Assembly: GCA_963816145.1 (NCBI GenBank)
Contig: CAWFJP010000031.1
Coordinates: 480,001-544,000 of the forward strand
Origin: an uncultured delta proteobacterium
GTDB taxonomy: Bacteria; Desulfobacterota; Binatia; UBA9968
DNA length: 64,000 nucleotides
Reading direction: 5' to 3'
Shown here: piece by piece, positions 9,641-19,108 of the stretch
Position numbering within the stretch: position 1 is the first letter of the stretch
How the letters are laid out: each line of letters begins with the position of its first letter
Made by a program: the position numbers and the translations under genes
The notes under the pieces: generated by a model
Told to the model about the DNA's origin: nothing
The model's database searches: none
Seen by the model: the letters and a program-made list of their open reading frames with translations, nothing else

Positions 9641-10714
9641 TTACTTGGTGAAAATCTTATCTTGCAAGGCGAGCCATTTGTCGCTGTTCTCCAAGACGTT
9701 TTCCGGGTGAAAGAAGTTGGCTTTGACGAACTTGCCGCCGCCGGGTTTCAGCTCCATGGTTTTGGCCGGCACTTTGGGATGGGCGGGCAGGTAATCGGCG
9801 CGCTGAAAAACGTTTTGACCTTCTTCGGAGAGCAGAAAATCGGTGAACAGCATCGCCGCGTGCGGGCGCGGGGCATTCTTCGCGACGCCTGTCGTACCGA
9901 GCGGCGAGGGCACCGGTTCGAGGGGCTGCCAGTCCACCGGGGCGCCGGCATTTTTGCTGATCTCGGCGTGATTGTTGAATATGTTAATGGCGATGTCGTA
10001 TTCGCCGGCGACGACCAGATCGACGATGCCGCGAGCGCTGGCGGTTGCCGAGGTGATGCTCTGCTTCGCCAGATTCTGCAAGTACGTGGAGCCAGCTTTT
10101 GGGCCGAGGGTCGCAAGGATATTGCCGATGAAAAGCGGCGCACCGGTGTTCGAACCCATATGCCAGGCCATGCGGCCCTTCCACTTGGGATTCAACAAAT
10201 CATCGTAGGTCTTGGGAGCTTCAACGGGTTTGATGCGGCGGGTGTTGTATGCGAGCGTCATGAAATAAAGATTGGTCGAAGTCCAAAATCCCTGGGGATC
10301 TTTCAATTCGGACGGATAGTCGCGCAAATACGGCGACGTGAAGCGCAGCAATAACCCAGTCTTCTTACCGAGCATGGTCACCTCACTGCCGCCGACCACA
10401 TCGGCTTCGTGACGCTTGGCTTCGTTTTCCGTGAACCACTTTTGCACTAGACCGCGCGAATTGGCGCGGTGAAAATCGACTTTAATAAATGGATACTTTT
10501 TCTCGAAGGCTTCTTTGAGCGGGCGCACGGCCTGGTTGACGATCAGCGGCGTGTACCAAACCAATTTGCCTTCCTTTTTGGCGCCCTCTTCGAGAATCTT
10601 TTGGCGATCGGCCCTATTGAGCAGCGCGATCTCCTCGGCCGTTAGCGCGTGGGCTAGCGTCGCACAGCGCACGGTGGCACAGAGGGTCGCGACCAAAACT
10701 GTCAAGTGTTTCAT
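9641..10714 (-). CDS. ABC transporter solute-binding protein (AfuA-like), paralog of 5642-6727
   Basis: GAKKEGKLVWYT, TNLYFMTLAYNT, APRPHAAMLF; RBS GGAGGA before MKHLT. Confidence 0.9.
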   Translation of the reverse strand: MKHLTVLVATLCATVRCATLAHALTAEEIALLNRADRQKILEEGAKKEGKLVWYTPLIVNQAVRPLKEAFEKKYPFIKVDFHRANSRGLVQKWFTENEAKRHEADVVGGSEVTMLGKKTGLLLRFTSPYLRDYPSELKDPQGFWTSTNLYFMTLAYNTRRIKPVEAPKTYDDLLNPKWKGRMAWHMGSNTGAPLFIGNILATLGPKAGSTYLQNLAKQSITSATASARGIVDLVVAGEYDIAINIFNNHAEISKNAGAPVDWQPLEPVPSPLGTTGVAKNAPRPHAAMLFTDFLLSEEGQNVFQRADYLPAHPKVPAKTMELKPGGGKFVKANFFHPENVLENSDKWLALQDKIFTK

Positions 10715-10728
10715 CCACTCCTCCATCA

Positions 10729-11757
10729 TCAATTGCCCATAATCTGTTTCATCCGTTCGATGACATCGGCGGGCTGGGCGATGACTTCTTGCGCCAAAGC
10801 GGATAGCTCGTCGCCGAAAATCGGATTGAGTTCCAGCTGGCGCCGTTTCGCCTCGGCGACGAATTCCGGATCGCTGGTTGCTTTGGCAAAGGCGCTCTGC
10901 AGCATTTTTGCCCGTTCAGGCGGCAACCCCGGCGACGACACATAAGGGCGGCCGAATTGCGCGACGGCGAGCATGATCGTTGCCAAGCGCCGCGCCGATT
11001 CCGGAGTCTTGAACTCATCCATGAGCTCGTAGATCGTCGGTGTATCGGGCAGTCGAGGATCGCGCTTCTTGCCGGTCTGGATGAGCACGCGGACGTAGCC
11101 GCTCTTGATCCAACCGATGAGCGGCTCGCGGGCGAAGCCGGTTTCCAACGAAATGCCGCGGCAATGAATCTCCTCCCGCTCCACCGCGAGGTCGACCTCG
11201 GGTCCGTCTTTGTAGCCGGTGATCGAATTAAACTTCGCGCCAATGGCCTGCTCGACGAGGGCGGTCAAATGATGACCGGTGGAAGCGGTGCCTGAGGCGC
11301 CGCACTTGGGCGGCTCGGCGGCCTTGCGCACATCGTAAATGGTTTTATAGGGCGAGTTGGCGCGAATGTAGATCATCTGATGGGGCTGCGACGGACTGCC
11401 GAGCCAAGTGAACTTGCGCCAGTCGAATTGCACTTGCTTGCGCCGCACCAGCTGATCGAAGTAGAGCCCGGCGCGAATGCCGGCTAAGGTGAGTCCATCC
11501 GGCTTGGCGACGCTGTAGACGTAGTTGGCGGCGATCATGGCGCCGGCTCCAGGCATATTCTGCACGAGAAAGTTAGGCGTGCCGACGATATGCTTGCCCA
11601 TGAAACGAGCGAGCATGCGCGACCAAGCGTCGTCGACGCTGCCGGCGCCAAAGCCGGCGATGATCTTAGCGGTCTTGCCTTCGTAGAAATTCGCCTGGGC
11701 GTGTAAGTGCGTAGAACCGAACAGAACGAGGGAAAGAGCTAGAACCTGTGACTTCAT
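10729..11757 (-). CDS. Tripartite tricarboxylate transporter substrate-binding protein (Bug/TctC)
   Basis: Signal peptide; VQNMPGAG, AKPDGLT, GY..G.E..LAVER.E, RDPRLPDTPT. Confidence 0.9.
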   Translation of the reverse strand: MKSQVLALSLVLFGSTHLHAQANFYEGKTAKIIAGFGAGSVDDAWSRMLARFMGKHIVGTPNFLVQNMPGAGAMIAANYVYSVAKPDGLTLAGIRAGLYFDQLVRRKQVQFDWRKFTWLGSPSQPHQMIYIRANSPYKTIYDVRKAAEPPKCGASGTASTGHHLTALVEQAIGAKFNSITGYKDGPEVDLAVEREEIHCRGISLETGFAREPLIGWIKSGYVRVLIQTGKKRDPRLPDTPTIYELMDEFKTPESARRLATIMLAVAQFGRPYVSSPGLPPERAKMLQSAFAKATSDPEFVAEAKRRQLELNPIFGDELSALAQEVIAQPADVIERMKQIMGN

Positions 11758-11882
11758 CGCAACCCCCACAAGATCGGCGTCGACGCGCCGTAAGAGTGAC
11801 GTTCGCTATGAGCAATACTGAACTCGGCGGTTGGCTGTCAAACTCAAAGGGCGTGAAGATTCTGCCGGCGCATTCAGATTCC

Positions 11883-12037
11883 GTCATGCCGGTGAAAACC
11901 GGCATCCATCTTGGACTTCGGCTCGCTGGCAGAGAACCGGGCTTCCGACCGACGCCGGAATGACAAGATGATGTGGAGTCGAAAACCAGCGAATAAAACC
12001 AAGTCCTCTCGGCCTGAAGGCGCCGGGTGTTCAGTTT
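11883..12037. mobile_element. REP pair followed by an IS200/IS605 right-end-like hairpin
   Basis: GTCATGCCGGTGAAAACCGGCATCCATCTT...CCGGAATGAC then CCTCTCGGC...GCCGGGTGTTCAGTTT; same layout at 47770-47925 and 52711-52860. Confidence 0.55.
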
Positions 12038-12041
12038 ATCC

Positions 12042-12074
12042 AAAAAAAAGGCCGCTCGGTGTGAGCGGCCTTTT
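12042..12074 (-). terminator. Intrinsic terminator downstream of the cupin gene (possibly bidirectional)
   Basis: A8-GGCCGCTC-loop-GAGCGGCC-T4. Confidence 0.8.
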
Positions 12075-12110
12075 CGAACTGCGATAAAAAAGTCTATTAA
12101 ACGGTTGCGA

Positions 12111-12602
12111 CTATCCCGCTGCCTCGGCGAAAAAAGTGCCCATTTCGATGGGCGGCTTGTTGCGGTTTTCCACCGTCCCACTGGGAAGCGGCTTGCCGTC
12201 CTTCCCTAAGCGCATCTCTTGGCCGCCTTGTTTTTGGCCTTTCACACCGGCTCCGACTCGGATGACGACGAGATTGCCTTCGCCGGTGTTGAGATAGCGA
12301 TAATAGGCGCCCCTGGGAATCATCACGCCCTGGTATTGGCCGATTTTTAACTCAGCGCCGTTCTCGTCGAACACGCTCATCTGCCCTTCCAGAACGATAA
12401 AAGAGTGGTCTTCGTCGAGATGCTGGTGGATTTCATTCTCGCCGCCTTCGGCGTTGACCTTGGTGTGAATCCACATATTAGGAGTTTCTGCGACTAATTG
12501 GGTCACCCGTCCTTGCTTCATGTAGGGAGTTTTCAAGGAAAACTTCTGTGACTTCGGCTTATCGGTTTCAAGAATTCTTGCGGCATTGGCGCTGGCTTGC
12601 AT
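12111..12602 (-). CDS. Cupin domain protein
   Basis: GGENEIHQHLDEDHSFIVLEG and PRGAYYRY.N.G cupin motifs. Confidence 0.85.
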   Translation of the reverse strand: MQASANAARILETDKPKSQKFSLKTPYMKQGRVTQLVAETPNMWIHTKVNAEGGENEIHQHLDEDHSFIVLEGQMSVFDENGAELKIGQYQGVMIPRGAYYRYLNTGEGNLVVIRVGAGVKGQKQGGQEMRLGKDGKPLPSGTVENRNKPPIEMGTFFAEAAG

Positions 12603-12694
12603 GGTGGTACTCCTTGTGTTTTGTTTCTCGGCTTTCGATCGAGATCCTTCGCTTGCGCTCAGGATGATTCAACATCGGCATGGCCGATGTTGAA

Positions 12695-13750
12695 TCAATT
12701 ATTGATTCCGTCGATTTTCAGATCGTAGAGCTTGATGACATTCTCACGCACGACTTTGCGCAGGACGTCTTTGGGCAAGTGGCCCAACTCTTCGGCGATC
12801 ACCTTGCGCGAGTGCGGCCACGGCGACGCGGCATGAGGATAGTCATTGGACCACATGAACGTGTCATGACCATAACGGGTCATCAACAAACCGCCGGTCG
12901 GATCGCTGAAAAAGGTGACATAAACTTGCTCGTTGCAGTACTCGCTGGGCAGCTTCTTCATGAACGGCAGCGGCACTTTGGTTTTGAAGCGGGTGTAGTA
13001 TTTGTCCCACTCATGCATGTAGAACGGCAGCCAGGCGCATTCGTTTTCGACGTAGACGAGTTTCAGTTTCGGATAACGCGATAGCACCCCGGTAAAGATC
13101 AAATCGAACAAAGTATTGGCCGCGTCGTTGAGCTTATCGTTAACCGCTGTCTTGTAGGTGTCGAGACCTTGGCGCTCGAAGCGGCTGTAGTTAAACCCGG
13201 TGAGGATATGCAGATTGACCGGCATGTCCAGTTCGGCGGCGGCTTCCCAGAAGGGGTCGTAGTAATCTGTCTTGAACGAGAGATGCTCCGGTGGCACCTG
13301 CCAGATCAGACAGCCGATCATGCCCGCTTTTTTGCAACGTTCGAGCTCTTTGATCGCGTTCTTAATGTTGTAGAGCGAGATCATCGGGATGCCGAACAAT
13401 CGCCCGGGATGGACTTTGCAATAATCAGCCATCCAATCGTTGGCGATGCGAAAGCAGGCCTCCTGGCACTCGGCATCTTCCATGGCAAACAAACGCAGGC
13501 CAAGGGTCGGATACAGCACTTCCGCGGAGACCCCGTCGGTCTCCATTTCGCCGATACGGGCGCGCGGGTCCGAGCCGCCCGGCTTTTCTCCCGGCGAGTT
13601 GCGTTTGGGAAATTTTGGATAGCGGTCTTTCAGCGATCCTAAATTGTTGACCCATAGATCTTCGGGTTCATTAATATGGGAGTCGGCGGAAATGATTTTT
13701 TCACCGGCCAAAACCACTTCGGGTGTGTATGCAGACGTGGTCGCGTTCAT
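12695..13750 (-). CDS. Amidohydrolase-2 family protein
   Basis: ISADSHINEP, NLHI, VENE, MWSNDYPH. Confidence 0.9.
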   Translation of the reverse strand: MNATTSAYTPEVVLAGEKIISADSHINEPEDLWVNNLGSLKDRYPKFPKRNSPGEKPGGSDPRARIGEMETDGVSAEVLYPTLGLRLFAMEDAECQEACFRIANDWMADYCKVHPGRLFGIPMISLYNIKNAIKELERCKKAGMIGCLIWQVPPEHLSFKTDYYDPFWEAAAELDMPVNLHILTGFNYSRFERQGLDTYKTAVNDKLNDAANTLFDLIFTGVLSRYPKLKLVYVENECAWLPFYMHEWDKYYTRFKTKVPLPFMKKLPSEYCNEQVYVTFFSDPTGGLLMTRYGHDTFMWSNDYPHAASPWPHSRKVIAEELGHLPKDVLRKVVRENVIKLYDLKIDGINN

Positions 13751-13876
13751 CGGGTTACCCTCGCTTTCTGTCTAAAATTGATTTCGTCAAGTTTCGAGCA
13801 CCGTTGTCATTAGTGCGGCGCGACGATGGTTCGACAACTTCCTTTTACCTACGAAAACCCATCCGCTATGTCAAAC

Positions 13877-14746
13877 TCACTTTTCCGGGGGAAGCTTGGA
13901 TGCGCTCCATGGGATCGGTTTGCCACCGGCGCCGGTGACGGCGGTGCCGCTCATGCGGTCGCCCTGGACCTTGCCGGTGAACCGATAATTTGCCGCGCCG
14001 ATGGTGAGGAAGAAATCGATATCGTCGCCTTTGAGCGTGGCGTTGGCGATCTTCATCTCGCCGTCTTTGCTGGCCGCGGAGGCGTTGATCACTTGATATC
14101 TTTGATTGAATGCCAAGACGATCACTTGTGACTTGTTATCGCCTAGATTCCAATTCAAGCGCCAGTCGCCCTGGACCAACGCAGGGACGGTCCACAGATA
14201 GAGATAGGCCTTCTCGGTGCCGTTGGCGGCTTTTTTCTCCGGCACGTTTAACTCTGCATCTCGGTCGGCGGACCACTCGCTCATGTAATAGTCATGGGCG
14301 ACGATGCGCGCGCCGGGTTTTAACTCGCGCAAGAGTTTGGGCCGGAGCTTTTCCATGAACTCCGGCAGGACGTAGAGTGTTATCACGGTGGCCTTGCTGA
14401 TGTCGGCCTGGAACATGTCTTGCTCGATGAATTTGGCGCGGTCGCCGACCGCTTCGTTGCGCGCATTACGGGTGGCGAGTTCGACCAACTTGGGATCGAT
14501 GTCGACGCCGAGGCCATTGGCGTTAAATTTTTGCGCCGCGGTGATGATCATCCGACCATCGCCGGAGCCGAGATCGATAACAAAATCTTTGGCGTTGACC
14601 CCGGCCATCTTCAACATTTCATCGACGACGATCTGCGGGGTCGGCACATAGGGTAGTTTGACAAGTTCTTGGGCCTGCACCGCGGTCGATAAGGGCAACC
14701 AACATAGGGCTAACAGCAGAAGGCCAGCGCTCTTGATACGAATCAT
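13877..14746 (-). CDS. Signal-peptide-bearing class I SAM methyltransferase with C-terminal beta domain
   Basis: MIRIKSAGLLLLALCW..AVQA signal; PYVPTP, IDLGSGDGR, LKPGARIVAHDY; RBS AAGGAG. Confidence 0.85.
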   Translation of the reverse strand: MIRIKSAGLLLLALCWLPLSTAVQAQELVKLPYVPTPQIVVDEMLKMAGVNAKDFVIDLGSGDGRMIITAAQKFNANGLGVDIDPKLVELATRNARNEAVGDRAKFIEQDMFQADISKATVITLYVLPEFMEKLRPKLLRELKPGARIVAHDYYMSEWSADRDAELNVPEKKAANGTEKAYLYLWTVPALVQGDWRLNWNLGDNKSQVIVLAFNQRYQVINASAASKDGEMKIANATLKGDDIDFFLTIGAANYRFTGKVQGDRMSGTAVTGAGGKPIPWSASKLPPEK

Positions 14747-15076
14747 GCAAGTCTCCTTAGGTAAATGTCTATATAATCCCAATTTGTTGCGCGATTGCAA
14801 ATGCAAATGGGCGCGTCTCACAACGGCGACCATGTTGACGCGAGCGTAGTCAAGTCTATCACTACCTGCCGGGGGCTAGTTGGCTATCGGAACGCACTCG
14901 TTGGCAATCGCAGAGCCCAAGCCCTTTGGCGTTCCGACGATTCGCCGTCTGCACAGCCGTTGCGTTTGGGATAGCGGCTTTGGCGGTTCATTAGTTTCAC
15001 TAATAGCGTCGTTCTTTGCTTGACCCACAGGCGAATTCCCCATATTTTCACTTGCACGTTACAAAGCGAGGTCGAT

Positions 15077-16111
15077 GTGAAATTTGGTTATTACATTCTT
15101 AACACCTACGTTCCGGAGTTCGACGGCGGCAGCCGGGAGATTTATTCCAAGTGGCTCGAGCAGATCGACGCGGCGGAGTCGTTGGGCTTCGATTCTTTGT
15201 GGGTTACGGAGCATCACTTTCGCCACTTCGGCGGTCAGATGCCGAGCCCGTCGGTGATCCTAGCGGCGGCGTCTCAACGCACCAAAAAAATGCTTTTGGG
15301 CGCGGCGGTTTCGATCCTGCCGATGCATAATCCGCTGCGCATCGCCGAAGAATTCGCCATGGTCGATCAGCTATCCAACGGCCGGCTGTGTTTTGGTGCC
15401 GGCCGCGGTATGCATCCGACCGAATACGCTGTGTTCGGCTACGATTGGAGCGACGCGCAGAAGCGTTTGCCCGAAGCCCTCGACATCGTCATGCGCGCAT
15501 GGAGCGGTGAAGAGTTCGAGTGGCAGAGTGAGAATTACCAATTCCGCAAGCTCAGAGTCTATCCAGAGCCGGTGCAGCGGCCGCATCCGCCGATTTACAT
15601 TACGGCCAACCGCGATCCGGAAAGTTTCAACCTGGTCGGCTCCCGCGGCCATCACTTGATGACGCTGCCGTGGATTGCCACCAACGAAGAGCAGGGTCCA
15701 CGGGTAAAAATGTATCAAGACGCGCTGCGCGCAGCGGACCACTCGGTCGCGGATAAAGACGTTTTCACAATGTATCCGGTCTATGTCGGCGAAACCGATG
15801 AGCAGGCCAAAGCCGAGGTGGTCGAGCATTGGCACCGCTGGCGCGGCTTTGCTTTGGAAGCGACAGGTACTTTGCCCGGAACGCCGGCCTTCGCAACGCG
15901 GTCGCCGCACTTGAGCTACGACGCCATGGTGCGCGACAGCCGGGGCGTTTTCGGTTGCCCGGAAAGCTGCGTGCGCATACTCAGACGCATCATCGACACC
16001 GTCGGCACGACGCATATCGGCCTGACGTTTCATTTCGGCGGTTTGAGTCAAGACAAGGTCCTCAAGTCGATGGAACGTTGCGCCAAGTTTGTGTTGCCGG
16101 GGCTGCGTTGA
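15077..16111 (+). CDS. Luciferase-like (LLM) flavin-dependent monooxygenase
   Basis: GFDSLWVTEHHF, HNPLRIAEEFA.VDQLSNGR, YPEPVQRPHPP; GTG start after GAGG. Confidence 0.92.
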   Translation: MKFGYYILNTYVPEFDGGSREIYSKWLEQIDAAESLGFDSLWVTEHHFRHFGGQMPSPSVILAAASQRTKKMLLGAAVSILPMHNPLRIAEEFAMVDQLSNGRLCFGAGRGMHPTEYAVFGYDWSDAQKRLPEALDIVMRAWSGEEFEWQSENYQFRKLRVYPEPVQRPHPPIYITANRDPESFNLVGSRGHHLMTLPWIATNEEQGPRVKMYQDALRAADHSVADKDVFTMYPVYVGETDEQAKAEVVEHWHRWRGFALEATGTLPGTPAFATRSPHLSYDAMVRDSRGVFGCPESCVRILRRIIDTVGTTHIGLTFHFGGLSQDKVLKSMERCAKFVLPGLR

Positions 16112-16143
16112 GAAATAAGTACTATAACCACAGAGATCACAGC

Positions 16144-16190
16144 CCCCACCTTCATCCTCCCCCGCAAGCGGGGGAGGAAAGAGGAGGGGG
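16144..16190. repeat. CCTCCCCCGC-family palindrome
   Basis: CCCCCACCTTCATCCTCCCCCGC-AA-GCGGGGGAGGAAAGAGGAGGGGG; second copy at 53454-53502. Confidence 0.8.
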
Positions 16191-16283
16191 ATTAGCCGCA
16201 AAGAACGCAAAGAGATTCGAGTCCCGTAAGGGGCGTGAAACCCGCCTTCCTGCAATCGTCATTTGAACAACATAAAGGCTGCA

Positions 16284-17756
16284 ATGAAGCATTCCGCCAA
16301 GACACCGCAATTTGAAGAACTTAGATCGCTGGATCTGCAAAAGTGCCATAGCGTCGGCGACATCGTCGAGGCCATGCGCTACTGCGCCTTCGGCGCGCGC
16401 ATGCTCGGCGAGGCGGCCAAGACCATTTGCGAGATGGCGTCGGCAAAGGACAAGCCGGTGTTGATCTACGATGGTCTGGAGAAAACCCCGCTGGGGCGAC
16501 TGCTCCAGAGCTTCGTCAAGAAAGGCTGGTGCCGCCGGATCGTTACGCCGGCTGCTTTTGCCAGGCAGAAGGCGCGCTGCGGCAATGTCATCGTCGTCGG
16601 CGCGTTCAGCGAGCGCGACGCCGAAGCGATCTACAAGAAGCCCAAGCGCGCGATCTTTATCAATCCCTTCGACATGGCGCGGCCGGGACAGGTGCGCGAT
16701 GGATTTTTTCCTGACGCGGTGTTCGCCGATCCGCGCTACATCATGCCGGTGATTTACGTGGCCCTCGACGAGTGGTTGAACGGCAAGCGCTGCTCGGTGA
16801 GTTCTTTTATTTCTCGCCTGGCAGCGAACGGCGGTGTGGCGGCGCAGGTGGCGCGCGGCGCTACAGCATTGGAGGCGATGACCGGCGACAAGGACTGCGT
16901 GCGCTTTCTCACCATCAGCGGCGCCATGACCGTCGGCAAGATGGATCTGATCATCTGTGACATGATCGAGCAGGGTTTGATTCACGCGATCTCGTCCACC
17001 GGCGCGCTGATGGCCCATGGCTTGGTTTCGTCCATCGGGCTCAAACACTACAAATACAATCCCAAGTACGATGACACCGAGCTGGCGCGGCGCAAACTCA
17101 ACCGCGTCACCGATACCTTGGAACCGGAGACCAATCTGGACACCGTCGAGGAGGTGATCGGCAAGGTCATCGATAAGATCGACGGCAAGCAGATGCTCAG
17201 CCCGACGGCGTTCAATAAGCTGATTGGCAAGCATCTGGCCGAGAACTATCCCAACGATCGCGGCGTGTTGAAGTCGGCCTACCTGCACGACGTGCCGGTT
17301 TTCGTGCCAGCGTTCGTCGATTCGGAGCTGGGCAACGATATCTATATTCACAACATCAAACGGCGCCGGCGCGGTAAGAAGCCGATCCTGATGGACCTGG
17401 AACTGGATAGCAAAGAGTTGATTCGTGTCGTGACCGGTCCGAAGCGTTTCGGAATCTTATCCATCGGCGGCGGCGTGCCGCGTAACAACGTGCAAAATGT
17501 CGCGCCGCTGATCGAGATCATCAACGAACGGCTGGGGCCGACTTTCCCCAATCGCAGATTCAGTTATGGCGTGAGGATCTGCCCCGACAAACCTCACTTC
17601 GGCCACCTCTCCGGGTGTACCTATTCCGAAAACGAATCATGGCGCAAAGCCGAAAAGAACGGCATTTATGCCGAGATGTTGGCCGACGCGACTCAGGTCT
17701 GGCCGTTTTTGGTTAAGTATGTGATCGAGAAACGGTCGGGTCGAGTAGACAGATAG
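16284..17756 (+). CDS. Deoxyhypusine synthase-like protein (homospermidine synthase-type) with N-terminal extension
   Basis: FLTISGAM, STGA, LNRVTD, VPVFVPAFVDSELG, IGGGVPRN, GHLSGCTYSENESWRK, ADAT; start uncertain (16263 or 16284). Confidence 0.85.
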   Translation: MKHSAKTPQFEELRSLDLQKCHSVGDIVEAMRYCAFGARMLGEAAKTICEMASAKDKPVLIYDGLEKTPLGRLLQSFVKKGWCRRIVTPAAFARQKARCGNVIVVGAFSERDAEAIYKKPKRAIFINPFDMARPGQVRDGFFPDAVFADPRYIMPVIYVALDEWLNGKRCSVSSFISRLAANGGVAAQVARGATALEAMTGDKDCVRFLTISGAMTVGKMDLIICDMIEQGLIHAISSTGALMAHGLVSSIGLKHYKYNPKYDDTELARRKLNRVTDTLEPETNLDTVEEVIGKVIDKIDGKQMLSPTAFNKLIGKHLAENYPNDRGVLKSAYLHDVPVFVPAFVDSELGNDIYIHNIKRRRRGKKPILMDLELDSKELIRVVTGPKRFGILSIGGGVPRNNVQNVAPLIEIINERLGPTFPNRRFSYGVRICPDKPHFGHLSGCTYSENESWRKAEKNGIYAEMLADATQVWPFLVKYVIEKRSGRVDR

Positions 17757-17900
17757 TGTGCTGGCATAGGCTTGGACAAGGTTTTCGCGCCAATGTCTTG
17801 GCCGACCGCCGGCACTTTTTTGCTTGGGAAATCCTCTCTCAACTCCCGTTTAGACCCAACCATCGATAAATCGATCCGGCGTGCGAAAGGAACCCTCCCC

Positions 17901-19043
17901 ATGACCGCAAAACCAAGCCTTTCAATCCTTGCGACGGTTCTCCTAGCGCTGTTCATAGCGCTGATCGCCTCGTTGAGCCGAGCCGCTGAAGTAAAGCCGG
18001 CGACCTGGCAAACTGAGTGGGACAAGACCATCAGAGCTGCCGAGGAAGAGGGCGCGGTCAACATTTACATGACCTCGGCGTTCGAGTCGGTGTTTCGCGA
18101 CGCGTTTCAGAAGAAATATCCTAAGATCAAAGTCACTTCAGTGGTCGGCCGTGGATTTCAGCTCGGCCAGCGGGTGATGAGCGAGCGGCGCGGCGAAAAA
18201 TATATTCCTGATCTGTGCATCACCGGCAACGTCACACCGTTGACGGTGTTTCACAAAGCCAAGATCCTAGAGCCGATCAAACCGTTGTTGCTGCTGCCCG
18301 AGATTCTCAACGAAGCCAATTGGTACGAGGGCAAGCATCATTACAACGATCCGGAGAACCGTTACATCTTCGTCTTCGAAGGGACGCCGCGGGCGGGCGA
18401 TATCACGTTCAACACCAAGCTAGTCAACGCCGCGGAGATTCGCTCCTACTGGAATCTGCTCGAGCCAAAGTGGAGGGGGAAGATCGTCACTATCGATCCG
18501 CTGGTGGCGGGACCGATCAATACGCCGCAGATCTTTTTCTACAAGCATCCCGAGCTCGGCCCGGAGTTTCTGCGCCGGCTCTACGCTGAGACCAATATGA
18601 CCATCGTGCGCTCGGATGACCAGTTGATGGATTGGCTCAGCACGGGTCGCCACGCGCTGGGCTTCGGCGCTCGCGATGTCGATAAAGCGATCGCTCAGGG
18701 GCTGCCGATCAACCAATTCGTGCCCGATCATATGAAGGAAGGCGCGTCATTGGCGACCTACAATGGAACGCTCAGTTTCTTCAACCGCGCGCCGCATCCC
18801 AATGCCGCGAAAGTCGCGGTCAATTGGCTGCTCTCCAGAGAAGGGCAGAGCACTTGGCTGGAACACAATGCCAAGACCTTTGGCCAGTACGATTCGTTGC
18901 GCGAAGATATTCCCAAAGACAAAGTTCTCGATCTCGCCAAGCGCGTCAAAGGCGGGCGCTATCTATGGATCAAGACCGAGTGGATCGATGAGGTAGATAC
19001 CGTCCGCGAGTTAGTCAAAAAGGCGTTGCCGGCGAAACAGTGA
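17901..19043 (+). CDS. ABC transporter solute-binding protein (AfuA-like)
   Basis: Signal peptide; W..TIRAAEEEG.V, SYWNLLEPKWRGKI, APHPNAAKV.VNWLLSREGQ. Confidence 0.88.
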   Translation: MTAKPSLSILATVLLALFIALIASLSRAAEVKPATWQTEWDKTIRAAEEEGAVNIYMTSAFESVFRDAFQKKYPKIKVTSVVGRGFQLGQRVMSERRGEKYIPDLCITGNVTPLTVFHKAKILEPIKPLLLLPEILNEANWYEGKHHYNDPENRYIFVFEGTPRAGDITFNTKLVNAAEIRSYWNLLEPKWRGKIVTIDPLVAGPINTPQIFFYKHPELGPEFLRRLYAETNMTIVRSDDQLMDWLSTGRHALGFGARDVDKAIAQGLPINQFVPDHMKEGASLATYNGTLSFFNRAPHPNAAKVAVNWLLSREGQSTWLEHNAKTFGQYDSLREDIPKDKVLDLAKRVKGGRYLWIKTEWIDEVDTVRELVKKALPAKQ

Positions 19044-19046
19044 TAG

Positions 19047-19080
19047 TTCCAATCGTTCCAGTCGTTCCAAAGGTTCCAAC
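19047..19080. repeat. 9-bp GTTCCA tandem repeat
   Basis: TTCCAATCG-TTCCAGTCG-TTCCAAAGG-TTCCAA; related inverted set at 53421-53547. Confidence 0.7.
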
Positions 19081-19108
19081 TGTTAGGCAATGAGTGAGGG
19101 AAGAGCAC

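Noticed and set aside
16152-17351. Long antisense or alternative-frame ORFs (e.g. 16152-17351, 2615-3520, 23591-24583, 54061-55092, 55375-56316)
   Set aside because: They overlap well-supported genes, lack recognisable motifs, and are expected shadows in high-GC DNA
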